Assembly: GCA_013265495.1 (NCBI GenBank)
Contig: MU058059.1
Location: forward strand, 4,069,502-4,133,501
Length of the DNA: 64,000 nt
Direction of reading: 5' to 3'
Source: Vicugna vicugna
Lineage: Eukaryota
A program made the translations under genes and the position numbers. A model generated the notes under the pieces. It searched no databases, was not told the origin of the DNA, and saw only the letters and a list, made by a program, of their open reading frames with translations. Positions 47,452-61,198 of this stretch are shown here, in pieces. Each line of letters begins with the position of its first letter. The first letter of the stretch is position 1.

Positions 47452-50400
47452 CCAAGGTGGAGGTGAGGAGGCGTGTGACATGCTGTGTGTAAATCAACAC
47501 CCCAGGGAGCGGCACATGACAGCTGCTCAAGAGGTTCTGGCTTCAGTGACTACTTGCTGTAAAGTACGACATGAACATGGTGATGCCAGAGCCACAGCTT
47601 TTAAGTTAATACCGCATTGTTACTGCCGCAAAATAAGAGTAAACAGGTGTCCCTCTGAAGACGGACGGAGAAGCACCACACCCCTCCAGGGGACTCAGCC
47701 CTTCAAGGTGGTGGTATCTGACACCGCCTGGGAGGGGCTGGGGAAGGCGGCAGGGAGTGTGTGCACACTGACAGCATTGTGTTATTAACACAGGGCTGCC
47801 ACCAAGAAAAATCTCTCTCTCGCCCTGGTAACAGGGTCAGAGAGGAGAGGAGGGCCACCGAGGGCGCTCACAGTCACACATCCACCACGTTAGTTTCTTG
47901 TATTAAACACAGAAACGACCCACAACGACTTAGGAAGCCAAGAAGGACGTGGTGCGGTTTGGGTGAGCAGCAGGCTTGCTCTGGACACACCGGGACACAG
48001 AACCGACACTTGTGGGGACTTGCTTTCAACAGGCTTCACTGACTTGCTCTTACGACTTTCCAAGCCTGGAACGGGAGAAATCTGTGGATTCAGTGATCCT
48101 CAAGGAGAAAAAGAAGTCCCCTCAAAGGGGCACAACAGAGACTCCCGGGGTCACCGTTCCACCCGGGCCACCTTGCCTGCTCTCAGCCTCCGCCCCCACC
48201 TTCGGTCCGTTCACGCGCAGAAGCTCAGCATCCCTGCAGTGCGGGGCGGTGGAGCAGGCGCGGGGTGGGGGGCCCGTCCTGGGGAACACCGGGGTTGGCA
48301 CGGCAGCTTGAGAACCGCCAGGAGACGGAGTCGCAATCCCTTCCCAGACCCAAAGTCTTGACTTCTTGCTGCTTTGGCTGCCAATCTCCCTTCCCTCCTG
48401 CATTAATTACGTCATATGAAAAACACAGCCCATGTTCAACGTCTCTTTTCATTAGTTTCTTACTTATGCTTTAAACACGTTTCCACACCAAACCCACAGG
48501 CACTTTTGCGTGTGTGGGAGAACTGGAATCTGACAGTTTCCGCACCACATTGTTTTCTTAAGCTTGGAAAAACTTTGCCCCGAGTCCCCTGGGTTCTGTA
48601 TCACGCCTTGGAAGTCCTTTCTGGCACATGTGCGTCTTCACGGTCTGCCAGATCGCTGTCGCTGGGCTTCACGCTGCATACGCAGAACGCTGCCTTCCAA
48701 TAAAAGCATTCTGTCCACAGGACAACTTTGCACCAGGTACAACCTGGGGACTGTTGATGGACAAGTTGAGGCCATGAGGGAACCTATTTCTATTTCACTA
48801 TTAAATAAAACCCTCCACCGTTTTCTGATGTCACATCTCGGGTTCGGAAGAGAACATGTACATTCTATGGGTGTTGTAAATTTCTGGTCTATTTCCCTTG
48901 CCTGAACACGTTTTCACCTCTGAGAGAAATGTGAGCAATGAGTCAGAACCAGGACTCCCGGGACCCGCTGGTCAAACTGTACCACTTCTTACAAGATCAA
49001 GCTCAACCCCTAAGCTGTATGGCCCTCCGCGTTGGGAGCACAAGGGAAGAAATAGCAAATGTAGGCACGTCTATTGCACAGGAATTTAACTTGCGCTAAG
49101 TAGCTACAATGTAAACAGGGGGTTAAATACCTCATTTTAAAGTCCTACGCAGTTAATAACCCATAAAGTCACAAAGTCAGACAGAAGGAGCCCCACACCA
49201 AGCACGCGGTTCCTCCGATGAATGAGGTACTATGTTGAACGTCTTGGGCCAGCTGCGCTGGGCTCTGCTGCCGGTTCCATTATGCGTGCAGGTTCAGGGC
49301 CCAAATGAACAACAATGTAGCAAGTGGGAAGTTTAGGAATCCAAGTCTGCTGGCTTCAAATAACATCGCCCTGTTTCTCAGAGATGGTAAATGGTGATGT
49401 GAGAAAACCGCAGGAGTATCAGGAAACCCTAAGGAAAGATGCCATTTGTCACAGGGAAGTTCCGTTACAGGACGTATTTACTAAATTCATCCTTCCATTT
49501 GCCAAGTCCTGACTCTGCACTGGGCACTACAGTTAGCGCGGGGGATGTGCAGACACGTAAGATCCTACCCCTGTTGTCAAAAAGGCCCGCAGGCTGGAGG
49601 AAGATGACTCATGTGGCGGAATGCTTTCAGGGCGTGTGCTCTGACCTGTTCACCCGGAGGAGGGTGGTTGTCCAGCCCTTCCTCCCACAGAACTGCCTTG
49701 CCTGGATGGTGGGTGCAGAGAGGGGATTTTCTCCACCTCCTTCTGAGGTTCAGAGCAGCAGGAGTGCTGCATGAGGTGCTTCGCTGAACCCCCAGGAGGG
49801 GAATCTCTCTTTCCAAGAGGGTAGCTGCTTGTCAGCTCCTGCATTTTAACTTATAAAAAGGGCACTAGAAAGAAACCTGCAAATTTATGACCAAGGAGTT
49901 TCATTTACCGCCTGAAAGGTCACAGAAGTAAGGAAAAAGCCTGGACAATCTGTTTACAGAGGCATGCTTGAACAGGGGAAAGCGATAAACCTTCCGTACG
50001 AAAAGCTGTAGCTAGACTAAAGCTACTTGAGGAAAAAAAAATTCTAGAAAAGGAAGCAATTGGCAGAAAGCTAGCTAAAACCCAAATCTCTTCACTTCAA
50101 GTCCAGGTAAAATATTTCTGTGTTTTCAGCGATAAAGTCCTAAGTTTCTAAGGTTCATGTCATAGGAAATGGCTACAACTTTCCACGAAGTATTCTCGTA
50201 ACATGATCCAACAGAAAGTAGAAGCTGAATAGATCATTCTCGGGAATTTTCTATTTTAGGAATACATGAACAGATTTCAATGGACAACATGTATCACGGA
50301 ATTATAGCTCAAAATAATTTTAAAGAAAGAAAGTTTATCTTTACAAAAAAATCCTCTCCTGTCAATAAATGTCTGATAAGTAAATTATCTATGTGTCTTA

Positions 50401-51229
50401 AAATAATTTTTTATTTATCTTTGCTGTCATCAAAATAAAATTAATATACAATTCACTCTTTCATGTCATGCATGTTAGTGTCAGATGAGGTCAAAAGGTT
50501 TAGAAGAGTCGAAATATTGGCTTCGTGGTCATGTTAACCAGTTCCAAACCCAGTGAATCGTAAGAATGGATGTTAGGGCTGTTTGTTTTATTTCTGCCTT
50601 CTCTTTTCTTTTTCTTTTTTTAAATTCAGGAAGCAGTTGTCAGGAAGGTGAGCACAGCAATTTTCTTAAATCAGCACTAACTAGTCCTTTCAATAACAGG
50701 CGGGGAGAATGTAGCTCAGTAAAAGTAAACAACGTACAGTTTGTAAACAAGCACCCCAACTACCTGATTTTTACAATAAAAGGGTCACTTCTCATAAAAG
50801 GTACGATGGGCAAACACTGGAGTTGGAGCCTCTAAGTCACCGCACAAGGTCCTCTGCGTAAGCAGACTCGATCTGCTCTCTGGGCCGGCCCCGTAGCTGT
50901 CAGGTGGCCAGTTCCTCCTGACAACAGGCTCGCGGGCCGGAGGCCAGACCCTCCAGATCAGCCAGGAAGATGTGAGGAAATACGCACTTCCCTTGCCCGG
51001 TGAGTTTCTCTGGGTGTTCAGATTGCTACCCAGTGGCTCCCCAGCAGTGATGACACGGACACACTAGTTAACTGTGGGGCGTCAGGAGAGCCTCCGGGGA
51101 CGGACAGTCATTCGCGCGTTTCCCGGCACCAGGGGCTGGGACGATGGTGGCGGAAGGGGTAACTGTCACTCTCAACTGTGTATGAGCACCAGCACCAACG
51201 CCTACACAGCAAGCTGCTTCTTGTCAAGA

Positions 51230-54200
51230 TGAATGATGGAGATTGAATTTACCTGTTTGATGGGAACAACCAAAAACACACGAAACAACGACTTGGCAGA
51301 CATCGCACTTCAGCGCATGAAGGACAGTGATCCCTGAGGAACGAGAGAAAGCAAGATAATCCCCCAAATTCGCCAAGCTCACCGCACTGAGAGCGCTTCC
51401 GGCATCGGCATTCCCTCCCCTACGGGACCTGTGGGGCACCATCAGATGAACTGACAAACGCATCATGGGGAGTCCCAGGCGGAGGAGAAAAGGGGCAGAA
51501 AGAGCATTTCAGGAAGTGACGGCGGAAATTTTCCCAAATGATGAAAGACGTCAATCTTCAAGAAGCCCAGAACCCAAAGAGATGCGTGCTGAGGCAAACT
51601 GTAATCAAACTGCCGCAAGTCAAGGGAGGAGTCTTGAGAGAGAGAAGTGGCCTGCCACATACACAGAGTCCTCAGTAAGTTAACCGGCTCATTTCTCTTC
51701 AGAAACCTTGGAGTCCGGAAGGCAGCGGGCTCACCTATCCCAGGTACTACGCAAAAACCACCATCAACCAAGAATTCTGTGTCTGGTAAAACCATCCTTC
51801 AAAAATGCCGGAGAAATTAAGACGTTCCCAGATAAACAAAAGCTGATGGAGTTCATGACCCCTGAGACCTGTCCTGCAAGAAATGCTGAAGGGCGTCCTG
51901 CCGGCGAACGAAAAGGCCTCTGGACAGTAACTTAAGGCCAGATGAAGAAATAAAGATCTTCATAAAGGTCAATACGAGGGAAATTCCGAGAGGTGGTAAC
52001 ATGATTCAAAACGCAAATTCATTCTAAAAAAACTTCTTCTTTCAAGCCATATGGAAAATTTATTGAAACAGACCATTCTCTGGGCTATAAAACAAGTTAT
52101 ATGCTCTGAAACCAATGGGACTAAATTAGAATTCAAAGGCAAACACCTCTGGAAAATCCCCATGTGACTGGAAACCAGTGCTTATACGAACAGCCGGTGG
52201 ACCAAAGAGGAGACTCAGACGGAAATTAAAATGTACCTTGAACTGAATGAAGAATGAAAAATACCACACCAGAAGTTGTAGGGTGCTGCTGATCTAAGTG
52301 GAAATTTAAACTTTAATTTAATCAGAGTGTTTCTAAACACCCACACTAGAAAAGAAGGAAGATTGCAAACCAACGACTTCAGTGTCCATCTTTAGAACAG
52401 CAACAGACAAGAGAAATAAAAAGAAGAGTTTAAGGTAATTAAACACAAAGAAAGCATAAGAAAGGAAACTAAAATCATGTGAGTTGAAATCAATGAATAA
52501 AAAAATACAAAATCAACAGAGAAAAACAAGGGCTAGTTCTCTGAGAAGATGACAGATTTATAACCTTTAGCTGGACTGAACAGGAAAAAATAAAGAAGGT
52601 ACAAATTACCAGTCTCTGGAATAAGTTAAGTAACATCCTTACCAATTACAGAAATACTGAAAAGAAAATAAGCAAATGTTATGAACGACTTCATGCCAGT
52701 ACGTCTGACATCTCACATGCAAAGGTCAGTTCCTTGAAAGACACAGACTACCAAAGCCTGAAGAAATCACCTGAGAAGTTTTGCATCTATTAAAGAAATT
52801 GAATTTACAGTTAAAAATCTTCCCATAAAGAAAACTTAGAGCTCATAGGTTTTCACAGGTGAATTCTTCCAAACACTTGACGAAGAAGTAACACAAACTC
52901 TAAAACAGCTCTTCCCGACCACTGAAAGCAGGAAACATTTCCCAAGTCTTTCTGTCAGTCGTCACCCCGAAACCAAAGACGACGCAGTGAAAGAAAACTA
53001 CTGGTTATTACCTGTTGCAGACACGGATGTGAAGAGTTCTACACAAACTGCTGTCGATTCAAATTAACAACACGTGAAAGACAAAGCCCTCGACCAAGAG
53101 GGATCTGCCCCAGGAATACCAGCGTGGTTTCATATTCAGGAATCAATTCCCCACATTAACAGACTAGAAAAGAATGAAAAATGATCCCAACAGATGCAGA
53201 AAAAGCACTGGACAAAATTTCATCTCCATGTGGATTAAAACCCTCAGCAAACTAAGAACAGAGGGAGATTTTTGCCAACCTGATACAAATCTATGAAAGA
53301 CCTACGACTCTGAAAAACCTACAATCAACTTAATGATGAAACATTAAGTGCCTTCCCCCAAAGCGGGAGGACAACACAAGGATGGCCACTCTCACTGCTT
53401 TAATTCTGCACTGAACTGGAGTTTCAGCAAGTCTGTTAAGACCAGAAAAAATCGATGTAAAAGATACTCAGACTGAAAAGAAGGAAGGTCAGCTAACTTT
53501 ACTCATAGATGACACAGCCATCGCTGTAGAAAACACGATGGAATCTATAAAAATCGTGGAGAACCAATACACGTGTTCAGTAAGGTATCAGAAGGCAAGA
53601 TTAATATACAAAAGTTAACTGCATTTTTCTGTGCCAGCAGTGAACAGTCAGAACAAACACTACAACGGCATTAAAATGATTAAAGACTTAAGTGGTAACT
53701 CTGACAACAGAGTTGCAATTCCTGTGTCTAAAAATTAAAATGCACTGCTGAAAAAACTGAAAACCTAAGTAAGTGGAGAGATACAGCATACTGCTGTATC
53801 CGGAGACCTAATGCATCCAAACCATTATATTCAATCTGAACCAAAGTCCCTGCAGGCTTTGCTGTAGACATTAACAAACAGATTTGAAAATTCACATGGA
53901 AACGTAAAGGGCTTAGAACAGCCTAAACAACTCCAAATTAAAAAAAAATGAAAGACTCACGACTTAAGTTCAAGATTTCTTACCAAGATACAAGTAACCG
54001 AGACAGTAACATAAAGAGGAGCAGATCAATGGTACAGGACAGGGCCCGCACATAAACCCAGCCACACGTGCGCGGACGCTCGACGTTCCGGAAAGGCGGT
54101 CGTGTGAGCAAATGATTCTGGACTACGTGGCATCACAGGCGAGACAGACTACAAAACCTCCGAAGAAAACACAGACGGAACCTTAGCGCATCGGGGCTTG

Positions 54201-54982
54201 GCAAACTCTCCTTAACGACCACGGCGGAAGTGTGATTCACAAGAGAACAACCCCACGGCGGACTCGTCAAGGCTAAAACTCCGCTCTTGCAGACACACTG
54301 TCAGGAGAAGGATAAGCCACAGGCTGGGAAGTATTTGCAAAAACACACATCGGATAAGTGATTTGTAACCTGATTTCCTAAACAACTCTCAGAACTCGAT
54401 TCTAATAAAACGAAGTTAAGATTTTTTTTTCAAATGGCTAAAACATCTTCGCAGACACTTCACCAAAAAGATACATGAGCGTAAAACCAGCTCCTGCGAA
54501 GACTCTCAGCCTCGTTAGTCATTCGGGAAACACATTAAACTAAAACCGCAATGAATTGCCACTACACAACAATTAGAACGCCTAAAACTAAAAAAAGATC
54601 GCCCATACTAAGAGAGGCTGAGAAAGAAACGGATTCTCAGCCTGCAGCGCGGCCAAATCTCAGAACAACAAGGCGCAGTGAAAGAAATCAGCTCTGCCTC
54701 CTGCCCCCCCGGCTAATGGTGGTAACGGTACAATACAAGGCCCATCCTAGAAAACACAGTCTGATCTGGGAACAGGAGCCACCGGTGCTTCCTGGGGACG
54801 GGGCGGGAGAGGACGAGGGCAGGACACAGGTTTACAGGGGGCAGGGCTCTCAGGTCCGATGGGCACGTTCATCACCGTGACCGAGGTGATGGTTTCACGG
54901 GTATGCTCCCATCAGAACTTACCAAACCACACCCGTAAACACATGCTGTTTGTTTCACACCAACGGCACCTCCAGAAAGCTG
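51230..54982 (+). mobile_element. Degenerate, internally deleted L1 (ORF1, ORF2 and 3' end remnants), antisense to PIEZO2
   Basis: ORF1-like QPRILCLVKPSFKNAGEIKTFPDKQKLMEF (51708 ORF). RT-motif remnants gatgcagaaaaagcactggacaaaatt (DAEKAxDKI) and caaggatggccactctca (QGxPLS). A-rich, with an L1MC/ME-like tail. Confidence 0.85.
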
Positions 54983-57900
54983 TCAGGGAAGAACCACCAT
55001 GCAGCCCCCACCAGAAGTGAACGACGAGCAAGCTCGTGAAAACTTGCCGGATTTTCTCAGGAAAAGAGGCTTCTTCACAGGAAACTCTGAAGAGAAAAAG
55101 CAAGGCCTCCTGGTTCTCACCCCGAGAGCTGATCTCTCATCCCTGAGTCTGAGCTGGAACGAAAACAGAGGCACAGCAGCTGAAGCCACTGAGCAGGTGG
55201 CAGTCTGACCCTCCGGGAGCCAAGCGGCTACGGAGCGACATCGGACACGTGTCCGCAAAGCGCTTGGCAAGTTGGCCACGTCAGCCTGTCCAGTCAGGCT
55301 GAAACATCGATGAGGCGCAACTGCGTTCGGTTAAAATCCAGGCCGTGAATGAGAGTCTTTAATAAGCAAGACGGTCACACTTTCCAATACAAAGTTTGAC
55401 AGCAAAGAAATTGTTTGGTTCCAAAATGCCCTTTCTCAAAAGATCCCTTTAATTTTTCACAAGCTGTTACCTTTACTTGAAGGAACAGTCCATCTTCCTA
55501 CCACAAAAAATTCTACTGGCATATTTTTGCTGTTCATTTTTAAAGCGGAAAGCACCTAAAACACCGTCCAGGTGTCATCTGTAGCGTGTTCATTAACACC
55601 AGTCATTTGGAGCAAATTTAGAAAACGTGTAACTGAACGATGCCTAATCTTTCTGCCGCTTCATATTTTGAAAGAAGAGATGTTAACACGGGCCACATCT
55701 GGGTCTGGGAGTTGAGGAAAAACCTAAAAATGTTCCACACTGTTTTGACTCACAAGGAGATAAAACGCAACGCTTCTAGGAGACAGAAAAAAAGCCGCTG
55801 GGTCGGGGGTTCCTGAAAGCTGCTGTGTGACCAGCAGTGCGAGCGCTGGATGGCGGGGGCCCCCGAACCGGGAGCTAGTGGGCAGACAAGTTCTAAACAG
55901 ATCACGCTGGTCCAGCGCAGCGAGGGCTGGGAAGCGGGCTCGCCCAGGGTCACTGCCCAGAACAGAACCCTTGTTCTCAGAGGGCAGCCTGGAAGGCTCC
56001 ACAAGGAGGTGCTCGTGCCAGGTTTGGAGGGAAGAGGAGGAAGGCTTCCAGACAAGGAAAGAGCGGAGCACGTGGAGCGGCTTCATGAGCCCGGGGACCT
56101 GCACGCGTGAGGCTGGCGAGGCGGCACCGGGAGTCGGGGGTCAGTCTGAGTGAGAAGGGGAGGTGACGTGTTAAGATGACTGGGAGAGCCACACACTCAG
56201 CTTCTTCTTAATCAGAGCCTCACGGCCAAGGCTTGTATGTGTCCTCCGATTTAACAGGACACTGCTCTGGGGCGGGCGCCGGCCCCCTATTTCACAGATG
56301 AGGACACACAGGGCAGACTGTGAGGTGAGGTCCTGCCCAGACACTCCGGCCAGAGCGTGGCGGGGCCGACACGCGGACCGGAGAGCCCTGCAGCATTGGT
56401 ACAATCCTCTCCACACCCCATCGTAAGGGGTGGACGCCCCCACCCCTGACAGCAGGGTGAGCACGTGGGCAGGAAGACGCAGCCCCAGGTGCCACGTGCA
56501 GGGCAGCGGCTCCATGGACAGGACACTCAGAACAAGCCTGCCCTTCCAGGCCAGCTGGAGCATCCAGGCCCCGCACAGAGCAAGGAGGCCCCTCCTTGAA
56601 GACCAGAAGGAGCCCGCTCCTGGGAGCAGCCCTCAGCCGCAAAGGTGGGACCCACTTAGTCAAGGCTGCGGTTGTGGGGAGCCAGGCCGGGAGGTCTCAG
56701 GCTGCTGGCTGGACAGACATCCGGCTGAAGGCTCGTCCTCCTCATCAGAGCCACTGCTTTGCATCTGACGCCAGGTGTCACCTTGGAGCGGGGGCAGCCC
56801 GCTTCCCAGGGATCCTGGGCCCACACCACACCCCTTGTGGCCCCAGGTGACCACAGCTTGTGGGGAGTCGCCCAGAAGGATGCGGGCATTCTGGTATTTC
56901 CATCCTCCTGACTCTCCACTATCTGTGGAAGTCAGCTCCTGTCTCTCAGATGAGCACAGACGACGTTGGCCTGCGATCTGTGGCTTAATCATAAGAATGT
57001 TCGCAGGAGGAAACCAGGAGTCTGGTTAGCCTTATGTCAGCCGCCGACCCGACCACGAGCCCCCCCTGCCGCCCGCTGTGCCGTCCTGCCCTTTAACAAA
57101 AAGGGAAGGGAGCAGAGCCAGCAGGGTGGGGGCTCCGTTCACATCCCTCAGCGCTCAAACGGCCCGCTTCGTGGTACTTCCCCCACGCCCTGGGCTGCGT
57201 TCAGATGAAGTCCTGCCAGCTGGCCTCCATGGAAAACACCCGAGTCTTTCTGTGCTGTTTCTGCTTCCGAAGCCCAGGTCGCTCTCATGGGAACAGGCAC
57301 CGCCGCCACCCCAGGCGAGGCTGCAGAACCGTGCTTGGTCATAGCCTGGACTATGAACGTGACGGCTGACGGGCCGAGCGTGCCGAGCGTGCCAGACCCA
57401 GCACAGCTGCCGACGGCACGATGTCACGTTCTAGGGGACTGCTGGCTCCTCCAAACTCGAACCAAAGACATGCATGCTGGGGTCTCTGCTCCTCCTCACG
57501 TGTTATTGACGTTTTTATGACTCGTATAAAAGAGGATGAATATTTAAATGACACTGTACTTTTCATGTTTGTTTTTTCACATTTTTTCTCCTTGGTCACA
57601 GAACCATTAATCCATTGAAGCCGGGATAAACACAAGCTTTTCGCTCACTAGACTCAATGCATTTCCTTATCACCATGATTTATCTTAACAGGACACCGAA
57701 AGGGCACACAGGACAGAGCGCTGTGTCTTCATGTCACAGAGAAGCCTGCCCCCATGCGGAATGCTCTGAAAGTCCCTCCCACCCCTTCCCAGGGTTCGAG
57801 TGCATCTGCCAACAGCACAACTGAAGGTGAAAAAAGCAGCAAAACGACAAAATGAATTTGAGCAAAGAAGGCCGACCCCTGTGGTGCGTCCGGTGAGTGT

Positions 57901-58074
57901 TCTAGGGCGGGTCCAGGGCTTGGGCTGAAAGCCAGCCAGAGGCTAAAGACGCGGCTTCAAGAATTACTCAGTCAAAAGCTCATTTCAGAGCTTGCCCCAC
58001 ATAAAACACTCGTTACTCGGGTTGAGACATAAAATCACAGGTTCCATCGCTCTCTGTCATGATTAAGAAAACAA

Positions 58075-58240
58075 GTTTCTTCTGCACAGCACAGGGAACT
58101 ATGTTCAGTATCTTGTAATAATCTTCAATGATAAAGAATATGAAAACCGATGTATGCATGTACATGCATGACTGGGACACTGTGCTGTACACCAGACATG
58201 GACACATTGTAACTGACTGTACTTCAATTAAAAAAAAAGA
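58075..58240 (+). mobile_element. Short L1 3' terminal fragment with A-tail
   Basis: acagcacagggaactatgttcagtatcttgtaata...ctgtacttcaattaaaaaaaa, the same family as the 26.7 kb element. Confidence 0.8.
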
Positions 58241-59774
58241 ATCATTTAAAAAAAACTTATGTGAGAAAACAGTAGACTCTCCTGCCAAGCCCTGCCCCAC
58301 CCCCGTCAGAAACTTTACCTGATTGTCTAGACGACTTGAGGTGAGAAGACAGAGAACCTGGACCAGCTTTAGAGGAGTTCAGCTCAGAATGACTTCCGGT
58401 GTCATCGTCACAGGGAAACAGTCAACAGCGAGCTGACACTAGTAACATCGGCCTTCCGTTCAAGTCTCCATGAGTGGACACTGTGTGCAGTGCTCAGTGC
58501 ACGTCAAGTGAGCTCAGGACGCGTCTGAGGGCACCAGGCCCACCGCCAGGTCCCGCCCTCCACCCAGCGCGCCTTTAGTGCTTTTGATGCCGGAAGTCCA
58601 CGGGACACAAGCTGCTTGGGACCTGTGGCTTCATCAGCTCTACCAGCCTCACAGGGAGGAAGACAGGCGAGGACTCTGGACACCAGACCAACACCTTTAC
58701 TCTGGCCTCCGGTCCTTCACAGCATGATTTCTCCAGAAATTCCCCAGGAAACACAAAACCTCTGGGAGGGACCCAGCTGAGCCACCTTGTTTAGTCTATT
58801 TGTCTTGGGGAGACCTTCCAGAATAACAGCAGGAAGAGGGCTCTGCTCTATAAAACAAGCTGTGGAGTGCTGCTCTCTGTCTTAGTTACGTGGATTCGCC
58901 TGGAAGCTTTATTTTGCTGAAGCAGCTTCAGCAGAGTGGGCATGACATTTTTTATGGTTATACCCACACAAAACCACATATGCCAGCACCTCCGCTGTGG
59001 GGAGAGGCACCCCACCCTCAGACACACGGCCCCAACCTCCCTGTCCGTCCAATCATAACTATCGAATACTGAGCCCCGACTGCGTTTTGGAAAACTTGGT
59101 CATGCGAGTTCTGTGCACCCGTGGGAGGGAACTGCTACCTCCCCTCCCGGAGGCGGCCTTCCTGCCTGCCCCGCCTCCACGATCTCCTGGGTCTGCCGTC
59201 CGCCCCTTGCTCGCCTCCTCCGCACGCGTCCCTGGCTAGAACGATGGAGGCATCCCACCACAGATCTGCGTGGAGCTGGAAGGAAGCTGTGATCTCTTGG
59301 GGCCGCTTGGATTGAAAGAAGAAGTCACCCTAGGGGAACACGAACCCCCGGGTCTGTGCCCCATGCAGGTACGGGATTTCAGTTCACAACACCTGCGCAC
59401 AGACCAGAGCGGCATCGTCGTGTTGGCCCAGGCCCAGGGAAACTTCCAGATCCCCCTGCAGAACAGGGCACCAACCAGCCCCGCAGAGGCACCCTCACAC
59501 CTGAGGGACCCTGGGGTCGTCTTGCTCATGATGAGTTTTACTGAAGTTTAGAAGTGATGCGGGTTCTGATCACAGCATCGCTCAAGAGAGCAAAGATGAG
59601 GAACTGAAATCTACATGGCCAGAAATCAGGGACCGACTGTCTTACAATGTGTCTACACAGTCAACACGGCAGCCTATGCAAAATGACATGTTAGAAGAAC
59701 ATTTCATAACATGGGAAAAGCAGAACTTGCATAAAGCCAGTCATAAAACAGCATGTGCACTGTGAGTTAGCCTG

Positions 59775-60030
59775 GATATAGCCTGTGAGCTAATAATGGT
59801 TTTTGCATTTCTAAGTGGTTGGGAAAAATCAAAAGAAAAATAGAATTTCATGAAATGTGAAAATAATATGAGATTCGAAGCTTAGTGTCCAAGAAGTTTT
59901 ACTGGGACACGGACACCCTCGTTCTTTAAAACCTCGTCCACAGCTGTGTTTGCCCTGCGACAGCTTCTTGGAAGAATCGTGGCAGAGACCAGAGGCCTGC
60001 AAAAGTCTGAACTATTTACTAACAGAAAAA
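59775..60030 (+). mobile_element. MER58-like hAT DNA transposon remnant
   Basis: gagctaataatggtttttgcattt...ggaaaaatcaaaagaa...aagttttactgggacac...gcctgcaaaagtctgaactatttact. Confidence 0.65.
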
Positions 60031-60364
60031 GTCTTCTCAAGGTGGTTTTGAGTATTTCTTGTGCTTCCGGGCATCGGACGCTAGATGGCGGAAAAGATCC
60101 TCACACTGGGAGGGGGCGGGGGGAGACTGCTGCCCTCTAGAAGGTACCTGCATTTCCAATTAAACCATCCCCTAGAAGTCAGCCCTGCCAAAGGGACAAA
60201 ACGTGCTTCTACGTGTGTTCACTAACGCAAGAAGTAAGTGTCTAGAAGACACCGAAAGAGCCAGTCTAGAACTAGTGCCTGTACTGAAACCTGGCATTTA
60301 TTCACTCCTGCCCAAAATAAATACTCCACAAATCTGCAGCATTGCAGGGACTTCTCAGCTTCCC

Positions 60365-60920
60365 CCCAGCTTTACTGAGGCACGGTTGCATGTGAAATAG
60401 TAACACATGGAAAGCGAACAATGTGACAACTTGATCTAATCATCCCCTGAAATGACTGCCTCAGTTAGGTAATGAACACCTCAGTCACCCGACAGGCTTG
60501 GTTTTTATATGTAAGAACGCCTCACATCTGCTCCCAGCGCTGCAGGGGGACAGTGCAGTGTTGTTAACGCCAGTGACCGTGCTGCACCCTCAGAACTGAC
60601 TCACCTCACACCTGAAAGTCAGCCCCTCTCGCCTGGCCCTCCCCCTCCCCCGCCCCGGCAACCGCCACTCCACTCTCTGTTTCTAAGGCTCGACTCTTCT
60701 GTTTAGGTCCCACGGATCAGTGAGATCACACAGCATTTGTCTCTCTCTGACTGACTTCACTTAGCATTGTGCCCTCCGGGTCCACCCACGTCGCTGCAAA
60801 TGGCAGGACCTCCTTTGTTACGGCTGAGTACTATTCCACGTACATTTACACCACGTCTTCTCTGTCCCTTCGTCCATCCGACACCGCGGCTGTTCCCACG
60901 CCTGGCTCCTGAGTTCCGTG
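60365..60920 (-). mobile_element. Old L1 (L1MA-like) 3' remnant
   Basis: cagctttactgagg...ctgactgacttcacttagcat...ggctgagtactattcca. Confidence 0.7.
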
Positions 60921-61173
60921 TGTCTGTGTAGCACTCTTCCCTCCACAGACTGAAGCACACTGCGAAGCCTCCAGGTGAACCCCCTGGATTGAAAATCAGG
61001 TGGGGTGTGTGTGTGTGCGTGTGCACGTGGGTGTGTGTGTGTGCAGTCAGTGTATCTTTTTTTAATTGAATACAAGTGGTTTTACCACTTGACACAGTTT
61101 TTTTTTAAGCATTGTACGGACTCAGCCATAAACTAGCTTGTAAGTGTGGTGAGTAAGGTGCATGGGTCACACT

Positions 61174-61198
61174 CACACACACACACACACACACACAC
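61174..61198. repeat. (CA)12 microsatellite (an imperfect TG tract lies at 61005-61042)
   Basis: Read directly from the sequence. Confidence 0.85.
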